Positions 43,950-50,130 of a DNA stretch of 50,130 nucleotides are shown here, one piece after another. The translations under genes and the position numbers were made by a program. The DNA is from Chloroflexota bacterium (GTDB taxonomy: Bacteria; Chloroflexota; Dehalococcoidia; Lucifugimonadales; G022566795). The notes beneath the pieces were generated by a model. The model ran no database searches and was not told where the DNA came from. It was given only the letters and a program-made list of their open reading frames with translations. Each line of letters opens with the position of its first letter. Within the stretch, counting starts at the first letter, position 1. The stretch spans positions 1-50,130 of the forward strand of contig JADFIF010000003.1 in the NCBI GenBank assembly GCA_022566795.1. Reading direction: 5' to 3'.

Positions 43950-45359
43950 TTAGCCGAACTGATACTCTCGCGTCGCGGCGATCAGGGCCAGCATGTCCCC
44001 AACGCGCCGGGACGAGCGGGCGTAGTCCTCTTCGGTGGCCCAGGAGATGGAGCCCTCGCTCTCCGCGTGGGAGAGCAGTTCCCTACGCGTGTGCTCGCCC
44101 ATCTCGATCGGCCCCATCAGATCGAGACACTGGTCGACGAGTGCCTCCGCCGTCATGGCCGAGCCGTTGGATTCGGCGACCCTCTTGATTATGCTCTTGA
44201 CGCCGGGCAGCTCGGTGTTGCTGACGCGGTCAGCCACGAAGTTCACGCGCTTCACCAGCGAGCCGCTGTTGATCCACTCCTTGCCGGTATGCCAGCCCTC
44301 GACGCTGGGCGGGTCGAGGATCGCCTGGCCCATGTACCCGGGCTCCTTGCCCATGCCCTCCAGCCGCGGGTCCGGGCCGGCCAGATCGCCGGTGAGCCCC
44401 AGCGTCCCGACGACGACCTCCACCGGGCTCTTGACTTTCTGGTAGGTGGACTCCTTGAAGAAGTCGGAGTTGAACATGGTGCGTAGGACCGGCTTGATCT
44501 CGAGCCCCGAGCTGACGAAGGTCTCGCGCAGAGTCTCTACCGCTTCAGGGTCCCTGGGCTCCTCGATGTTCCACGCCGGGACCTGCGGCTCGTCGGCGAC
44601 GAAGAAGTTGTACAGGTGCCGCGCGATGAACTTGCTGCACGCGGGCTGCTGGACGACGATGTCTATGATGTCCTCGCCGTTGAAGTTTCCGGTGTGCCCC
44701 AGGAAGGTCTTCTCGGTGAAGTCATGGTCCTCCGGCCTGTACTCGAAGGTCCACGGGAAGCGCCCGTAGGGGAAGCGCGGCATCTTGGCGCCGATGGTCC
44801 AGCCGGTGAACGCGCGGGAGCACTCGAAGACGTCCTTCTCGGTATAGTTCCCGACTCCCAGGGAGAAGAGCTCGAGAAGCTCTCGGCCCCAGTTCTCGTT
44901 GGGGGCGTTCCGGTGGTTCTCGTTGTTGTCCAGCCAGAAGATCATGGCCGGATTCTTGGCAATCTCGACGAGCAGGTTCCGGTAGTTGCCCATCCCAATG
45001 TCTCGGAATATCTGGATCTGCTCCAGGAGGTGATTGCAGTTGTCCACCTTGGCGTTGCCGGTGGCGAATACGTGATGCCAGAAGAGCGCCAGCTTCTCTT
45101 CGAGGGGTCGCTCCGTGTTCACCATCTGGTAGAGCCAGTTGGCCTGTCCAGGGTCTGCGGCCCCACCCGGTACCTCGGTGATGGGATGGTAGCGCCAGAG
45201 CAAGAACTCGTCGACCGGCGGTGCCGTCGGATTGATAAGCTGCTCCACCGTCTCCTCGTAGCCCTGCTCGGCCAATCTCTCGACCTCGTCTCGAGTCGCA
45301 CCGAACCCGGCGCGTCTCATGAGGTGGGACATCAGGGCAATGTCTTCTTTGTTCGGCAT
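43950..45359 (-). CDS. DUF1800 domain-containing protein, paralogue 2
   Basis: 469 aa. ATG lies 5 nt after AGGAGG and gives MPNKEDIALMSHLMRRAGFGATRDE.. The protein is collinear with 27435..28850. Confidence 0.85.
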   Translation of the reverse strand: MPNKEDIALMSHLMRRAGFGATRDEVERLAEQGYEETVEQLINPTAPPVDEFLLWRYHPITEVPGGAADPGQANWLYQMVNTERPLEEKLALFWHHVFATGNAKVDNCNHLLEQIQIFRDIGMGNYRNLLVEIAKNPAMIFWLDNNENHRNAPNENWGRELLELFSLGVGNYTEKDVFECSRAFTGWTIGAKMPRFPYGRFPWTFEYRPEDHDFTEKTFLGHTGNFNGEDIIDIVVQQPACSKFIARHLYNFFVADEPQVPAWNIEEPRDPEAVETLRETFVSSGLEIKPVLRTMFNSDFFKESTYQKVKSPVEVVVGTLGLTGDLAGPDPRLEGMGKEPGYMGQAILDPPSVEGWHTGKEWINSGSLVKRVNFVADRVSNTELPGVKSIIKRVAESNGSAMTAEALVDQCLDLMGPIEMGEHTRRELLSHAESEGSISWATEEDYARSSRRVGDMLALIAATREYQFG

Positions 45360-45437
45360 GCCTACCTCCTGGCTTCTTGTTCTTCGGCGCTACGAGATTG
45401 CTGAAAAAACCCTTTGGACCATCCCCTTCGACGATGC

Positions 45438-45914
45438 TCAGGGCAGGCTTTGTGGCGCCTGCTGCTGACCGCCCTCGCGCGCCTGACACTGTGGACAGAC
45501 GCCGTAGTAGTCGGTCCGCCGATTCACCAGCCGGTATCCGGTCGCCGCTGAGATGGCCTCCAGAGGCTCGCTCGGCTCGACCATCTCCAGGTCCTCGATC
45601 TTCTCGCACTCGACGCAGATCAGGTGCGGATGGGCCTGGGGAATTCGCCCATCGTACCGATTGGCGGCGCCGCTGAACTCGATCTCGAGGACCTGCCCCG
45701 TTTCCTTCAGCAGCTCGATTGTGTTGTAGATGGTGGCCAGGCTGGTGCTGGGGAAGTATCGCCTGACCTCTTCGTGAATCTCGCCCACGCTGGGGTGCCG
45801 GTCGCTGGCGACCAGGACCTCCAAGAGCTTGGCGCGGCGCGGCGTCAGCGCGACGCCCTTCTCCGCGAGCGAGGCACGCATCTCCGTCAATCTCTCTTGC
45901 AGATGGTCTGCCAA
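45438..45914 (-). CDS. Fur family transcriptional regulator (Fur/PerR/Zur/Nur-like)
   Basis: 158 aa. It has a winged-helix N domain (LTPRRAKLLEVLVASDRHPSVGEIHEEV..SLATIYNTIELL) and a C domain with HPHLICVECEKIED and CPQC, a Cys4 structural site. The TTG start is uncertain. Confidence 0.85.
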   Translation of the reverse strand: MADHLQERLTEMRASLAEKGVALTPRRAKLLEVLVASDRHPSVGEIHEEVRRYFPSTSLATIYNTIELLKETGQVLEIEFSGAANRYDGRIPQAHPHLICVECEKIEDLEMVEPSEPLEAISAATGYRLVNRRTDYYGVCPQCQAREGGQQQAPQSLP

Positions 45915-45969
45915 CCAGTGGCCCCCAGGAAATGGTAATTCGGGAGTTCGCCTGTGAAAGATTTAACAA

Positions 45970-45984
45970 ATTAGAATGGTTCTA
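45970..45984. promoter_or_regulatory. PerR/Fur-box-like palindromic operator candidate
   Basis: TTAGAAtggTTCTAA is a perfect 6-3-6 inverted repeat and a near 7-1-7. By my count it matches 11 of 14 positions of the Bacillus PerR-box consensus TTATAATnATTATAA. It lies 56 nt upstream of the Fur-family start in an AT-richer patch. Confidence 0.5.
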
Positions 45985-46334
45985 AAATCTCTCACAGAGG
46001 TACGTTAAACGAGTTGGGTCAGAGTTGTCAAGTGCCTGCTAAAAACGGGGTTCGGGGGGAAGTAGTGGGTAGCAGGCGGCTCCCCTAATGTCATGTCGAG
46101 CGGAATCGAGACATCTCAGGCGCACTACACAGCGGAGCCAGCGTTGACTCGCTCAGAAGCCTCTTAGACCCCTCGACTTCGCTCGGGGTGACATGGTGCC
46201 GGCCGGGCGCGACGTGATGCGTCAACGCGGGGGTCGCACCTCGGTGAAAGCTCTGGGTTGAACTGGGGCTCCGCCGATGCGAGAATACGCGCCGTGCGAC
46301 TCCGAGATGGCAACTACAGAGGCGAGGTACTGCG

Positions 46335-49300
46335 ATGGCCGTGACTCAGAATATGCTTAACGCGCTCGAGTGGCGGTGCATCGGGCCTCCGCGCGGCGGA
46401 CGGGTCGTCGCGGTTGCCGGAGACCCGGTCAACCCGGCCGTCTTCTACTTCGGGGCATGCGCCGGTGGGGTCTGGAAGACCGACGACGCGGGGACCTACT
46501 GGCAGAACGTCTCCGACGGCTTTTTCAAGACCGCCTCTGTAGGCGCCATCGAGGTCGCCCCCTCAGACCCGAACGTGATCTACGCCGGGATGGGCGAGGC
46601 CTGCATCCGGCTGGACGTCAGCCACGGCGACGGGGTGTACAGGTCGACCGACGCCGGCAAGACCTGGTCGCATCTGGGGCTCCAGGATACGCGGCATATC
46701 GCCAGGGTCCGGGTCCATCCTCGCAACCCGGATATCGTCTACGTCGCGGCCCTGGGTCACGCCTTCGGACCCAGCGAGCAGCGTGGTATTTTTCGCTCCA
46801 CCGATGGCGGCAAGACGTGGGAGCATGTGCTGTCCAAGGGTCAGGACGCCGGCGCCGCCGACCTGTCGATGGACCCCAACAATCCCCGCGTGCTTTTCGC
46901 GGCCATCTGGGAGGCCCGCCGCACCTTCTGGAGCATGTCCAGCGGCGGCTCCGCCAGCGGGCTCTACCGCTCGACCGACGGCGGCGACACCTGGACCGAT
47001 ATTACCGACAACCCCGGACTGCCCAAGGGGCTCAAGGGCCGCATCGGCGTGGCGGTCTCGCCGGCCAAGTCGGGCAGGGTGTGGGCCACGGTCGAGGCCG
47101 AGGACTGCGGGCTGTACCGCTCGGACGACGGCGGCGACACCTGGGAGCTGGTCAGCGACGACCGGGACCTGCAGGGCCGCCCCTGGTACTACCAGCACGT
47201 CTTCGCCGACCCTCAGGACCCCGACACCGTGTGGATCCTGAACTACCAGTGCTACAAGTCGATAGACGGCGGCAAGAACTTCACGCAGGTGTCGACGCCT
47301 CACGGCGACAATCACGATCTGTGGATCGACCCGCGCAATCCCCAGCGAATGATCGAGGGCAACGATGGCGGGGCCTGCGTCTCCTTTAATGGCGGCGACA
47401 CCTGGTCGACCATTTACAATCAGCTTACGTCCCAGTTCTACCACGTCGCGACGGACACCCAGTTTCCCTACCGGGTGTACGGGACCCAGCAGGACAACTC
47501 CGCCATAAGCGTGCCGTCCCGGACCCACAAGGGCGCCATCCCCTGGGGCGACTGCTACACCGTCGGCAGCTCCGAGAGCGGCTACATCGCGGTCCATCCG
47601 GAGGACCCCAACATCGTCTTCTCGGGCGCCATCGGGAGCTCCCCCGGAGGAGGCGGCAACCTGCTGCGCTACGATCACAGGACCGGCCAGGTCCGCATCG
47701 TGACCGTGTGGCCCGAGATCAACATCGGCTACGGCGCCAGCGAGATGAAGTACCGGTTCCAGTGGACCTACCCCATCCAGTTTTCGCCCCACGACCCGCG
47801 AGTGCTGTACGTGGCCGGGAACATGGCGTTCCGGTCGGAAGACGAGGGCAGCAGCTGGACGCCGATCAGTCCCGATCTGACCCGCAACGACGTGTCGAAG
47901 CTGGGGCCTTCGGGCGGCCCGGTGACGCTGGATACCTCCGGGGCCGAGACGTACGCGACGATCTTCGCCTTCGTCGAGTCGCCGCACGAGGCCGGCGTCT
48001 TCTGGGCCGGCTCGGACGACGGCCTGGTGCACATCTCCCGCGACGGCGGAGCCAACTGGACGAACGTCACGCCGCCCGCGCTGCCGGAGTGGTCGCTCAT
48101 CAGCATGATCGAGGTGTCGCCGCACGACGCGGCCACGGCGTACATGGCCGCGACCCGGTACAAGGCGGACGACAACCGCCCGATGCTCCTGAAGACGAAC
48201 GACTACGGCGCCAGCTGGACGGAGATCAACGCAGGAATCCCCGCCGATGACTTCACGCGGGTAATTCGGGCAGACCCCGGCCGCCGCGGGCTCCTCTACG
48301 CGGGCACCGAGACGGGCGCCTACGTATCGTTCGACGACGGCGGCTCGTGGCAGCCCATGCAGGCGTCTCCTTCGACAGGCTCAGGACGGGGTCTGCCGGT
48401 GGCGCCGGTCTACGATCTGCAGATCAAGGACGACGACCTCATCGCGGCGACTCACGGGAGGTCGTTCTGGATTCTCGACGACGTGACGCAGCTCCATCAG
48501 ATCAGCGACGACCTCCAGGGCCAGCGGTTCAAGCTCCTCAAGCCTCGGACCACCTACCGGCTGGCGTCGCCGTTCAGAGGCCGAAAGCCGTCCGAGGGCA
48601 AGAACTACCAGCTCTCGCTGGGGGCGGCGGTCACGTTCACGGAGTCCAAGGGCGCTCATGGAGAGACCGTTCGAAAGTTCCTGGACGCGGGACAGAACCC
48701 TCCCGACGGGGTCGTGGTCAGCTACTGGCTCGGACCGGATCACGGGGACGACCTTAGCTTGAGCTTTCTGGATGCAGCGGAAAATCTCATCGTCAGCTAC
48801 TCGAGCAAGGAGCCCGAGAAGGGCTCGGACGAAAAGAAGCCGGAGCCCCGCCCGCCGGCGGAGCCAGGCATGAACCGATTCGTCTGGAACATGCGCTACC
48901 CCGACGCCCAGAAGGTGCCGGACGACAAGCTGATGGAGGACCGCGAGTTCAAGCCCCTGGCGCCGCCCGGCACCTATCAGGTACGGCTCACGCTGGGCGG
49001 CGACTCGCAGAGAGAGTTTCAGACGCAGACATTCGAGATCGTCAAGGACCCGCGGGTCGCGGCGACACAGGACGACTTCGACGCCCAGTTCGAGCTGCTG
49101 ACGAGGATCCGCGACAAGCTGTCCGCCACTCACGAGGCGATCGTGCGCCTGCGGAGTGTCCGCCAGCAGGTGGACGAGTGGGTGGCGCGGGCTGAGACTC
49201 ACTCGGCCAGCCAGATCGTCTCAGACACGGCGGCGGCACTGAAGGAGAAGCTGACGGAGATCGAGAACGAGCTGATTCAGGTCGAGTACAAGGGAGCGCG

Positions 49301-49538
49301 AGACCGGCTGAACCTGCCCTCCAAGCTCAACTCCAGGCTGGCGGAGATCACGGCGGTGGCCGCCGCCGCCGACTTCGCGCCTCCGAAGCAGGCGTACGAG
49401 GTGTACGACGCCGTCGTCGCGCGGATCGACCCGCATCTCCAACGCCTTCAGACGGTGATCGACGACGACGTCTCGGCCTTCGAGAACCTCATTCACGAGC
49501 TGGGCATCCCGGCCATAGTCCCCAAGTCGACGGCGTGA
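46335..49538 (+). CDS. BNR/Asp-box repeat, VPS10/sortilin-like double beta-propeller protein (GH74-like glycosyl-hydrolase-related)
   Basis: 1067 aa with at least 9 Asp-box-like motifs: STDAGKTW, STDGGKTW, STDGGDTW, SDDGGDTW, SIDGGKNF, SEDEGSSW, SRDGGANW, TNDYGASW, FDDGGSW. There is no obvious signal peptide. Confidence 0.85.
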   Translation: MAVTQNMLNALEWRCIGPPRGGRVVAVAGDPVNPAVFYFGACAGGVWKTDDAGTYWQNVSDGFFKTASVGAIEVAPSDPNVIYAGMGEACIRLDVSHGDGVYRSTDAGKTWSHLGLQDTRHIARVRVHPRNPDIVYVAALGHAFGPSEQRGIFRSTDGGKTWEHVLSKGQDAGAADLSMDPNNPRVLFAAIWEARRTFWSMSSGGSASGLYRSTDGGDTWTDITDNPGLPKGLKGRIGVAVSPAKSGRVWATVEAEDCGLYRSDDGGDTWELVSDDRDLQGRPWYYQHVFADPQDPDTVWILNYQCYKSIDGGKNFTQVSTPHGDNHDLWIDPRNPQRMIEGNDGGACVSFNGGDTWSTIYNQLTSQFYHVATDTQFPYRVYGTQQDNSAISVPSRTHKGAIPWGDCYTVGSSESGYIAVHPEDPNIVFSGAIGSSPGGGGNLLRYDHRTGQVRIVTVWPEINIGYGASEMKYRFQWTYPIQFSPHDPRVLYVAGNMAFRSEDEGSSWTPISPDLTRNDVSKLGPSGGPVTLDTSGAETYATIFAFVESPHEAGVFWAGSDDGLVHISRDGGANWTNVTPPALPEWSLISMIEVSPHDAATAYMAATRYKADDNRPMLLKTNDYGASWTEINAGIPADDFTRVIRADPGRRGLLYAGTETGAYVSFDDGGSWQPMQASPSTGSGRGLPVAPVYDLQIKDDDLIAATHGRSFWILDDVTQLHQISDDLQGQRFKLLKPRTTYRLASPFRGRKPSEGKNYQLSLGAAVTFTESKGAHGETVRKFLDAGQNPPDGVVVSYWLGPDHGDDLSLSFLDAAENLIVSYSSKEPEKGSDEKKPEPRPPAEPGMNRFVWNMRYPDAQKVPDDKLMEDREFKPLAPPGTYQVRLTLGGDSQREFQTQTFEIVKDPRVAATQDDFDAQFELLTRIRDKLSATHEAIVRLRSVRQQVDEWVARAETHSASQIVSDTAAALKEKLTEIENELIQVEYKGARDRLNLPSKLNSRLAEITAVAAAADFAPPKQAYEVYDAVVARIDPHLQRLQTVIDDDVSAFENLIHELGIPAIVPKSTA

Positions 49539-50130
49539 TCCGCTCGCGGGGCTTCGCCTACATCACCGCCGCCGACTTCACGGTGCGGTCGGCCTACCAG
49601 ATGGGCAAGACACCCTTGCTGCCCATCTACGCGGCCACGTTGGGCGCCGGGGACGTATTTCTGGGCTTCATCGTTTCTGTATCCACGCTGACCGGCATGC
49701 TGCTGAAGCCGCTCGTCGGCGTCCTCTCGGACCGATGGGGCCGGAGAGGCTGGCTGCTGGTCGGCACGGCCTTCTTCGCGGGGATGCCCTTCGTGTACCG
49801 CTTCGTGAGCACGCCCGAGCAGCTATTCGCGGTACGGATGGTCCACGGGCTGGCGACGGCAATATACGGCCCGGTGACGCTGGCCTACGTGGCGGAGCTT
49901 TCTCAGGGCCGGAGGGCGGAGCGTCTGGCCTGGTTCGGCACGGCGCGGAACGCCGGGTACGTGGTGGGTCCCGCGCTGGCGGGATGGATGCTGCTGACGC
50001 TGGACCCCGTTGCCGTGTTCACGGTAGTCGGCATGGTGAGCAGCCTGGCGTTCGTGCCCGTGCTGCTGCTGCCCGAGACGCGTGCCGCCCCCGGGGCATC
50101 GCGCCCTCCTCTGCTGAGGCAGGCCCTGGG
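49535..50130 (+). CDS. MFS transporter (3'-truncated by the window edge)
   Basis: Not in the supplied track because it has no stop within the window. GTG 49535 overlaps the upstream TGA (GTGA). The translation is VIRSRGFAYITAADF..LLPIYAATLGAG..TLTGMLLKPLVGVLSDRWGRRGWLLVG..VRMVHGLATAIYGPV.., which includes the MFS loop 2-3 motif (G.LSDRWGRR). Confidence 0.8.
   Translation, partial: MIRSRGFAYITAADFTVRSAYQMGKTPLLPIYAATLGAGDVFLGFIVSVSTLTGMLLKPLVGVLSDRWGRRGWLLVGTAFFAGMPFVYRFVSTPEQLFAVRMVHGLATAIYGPVTLAYVAELSQGRRAERLAWFGTARNAGYVVGPALAGWMLLTLDPVAVFTVVGMVSSLAFVPVLLLPETRAAPGASRPPLLRQAL

Overview
GC-rich bacterial chromosomal segment that is densely coding. I count about 40 credible CDS plus several gene remnants. 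I recognised no rRNA, tRNA, CRISPR array, transposase or phage gene.

Most genes encode soluble catabolic or redox enzymes:
- type II glutamine synthetase, RraA-like aldolase, LLM flavin oxidoreductase, M24 peptidase
- ManD-type enolase, Gfo/Idh/MocA, O-methyltransferase, three tandem family-III CoA-transferases
- NPP/AlkP-family hydrolase, HIBADH, CocE/NonD hydrolase, orphan XDH/CoxL-type molybdopterin subunit
- two SDRs, DapA-like lyase, FMN alpha-hydroxyacid oxidase, 7-bladed lactonase, a 1067-aa BNR/VPS10-like protein, and a truncated MFS transporter at the 3' edge

The paralogue-rich enzyme content resembles aerobic GC-rich heterotrophs such as Chloroflexota or Actinomycetota. That is a guess from content only.

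Noteworthy unknown-function content:
1. A co-directional string of a Fur/PerR-like regulator, DUF1800, DUF1501, an NHL propeller and DUF4242 (41050-45914), with a PerR-box-like palindrome upstream. A rearranged second copy of the DUF1800 / NHL / AlkP-superfamily theme lies at 23422-28850. This is my best candidate for an uncharacterised system.
2. DUF1326 x2 plus the DUF2182 membrane protein, with a conserved CxC-x3-CPC Cys motif.
3. A Kelch lipoprotein, small Cys ORF and membrane-anchored HExxH coiled-coil protein operon.
4. A minimal orphan VirB11/CpaF-like ATPase.
5. A family of GC-rich nested-palindrome intergenic repeats (9751-10068 and 34225-34320), one with a textbook G-quadruplex motif.
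6. A perfect 33-bp direct repeat pair after the second NHL gene.
7. Multiple decayed gene fragments.

All product calls rest on my reading of the translated ORFs. No database search was run.
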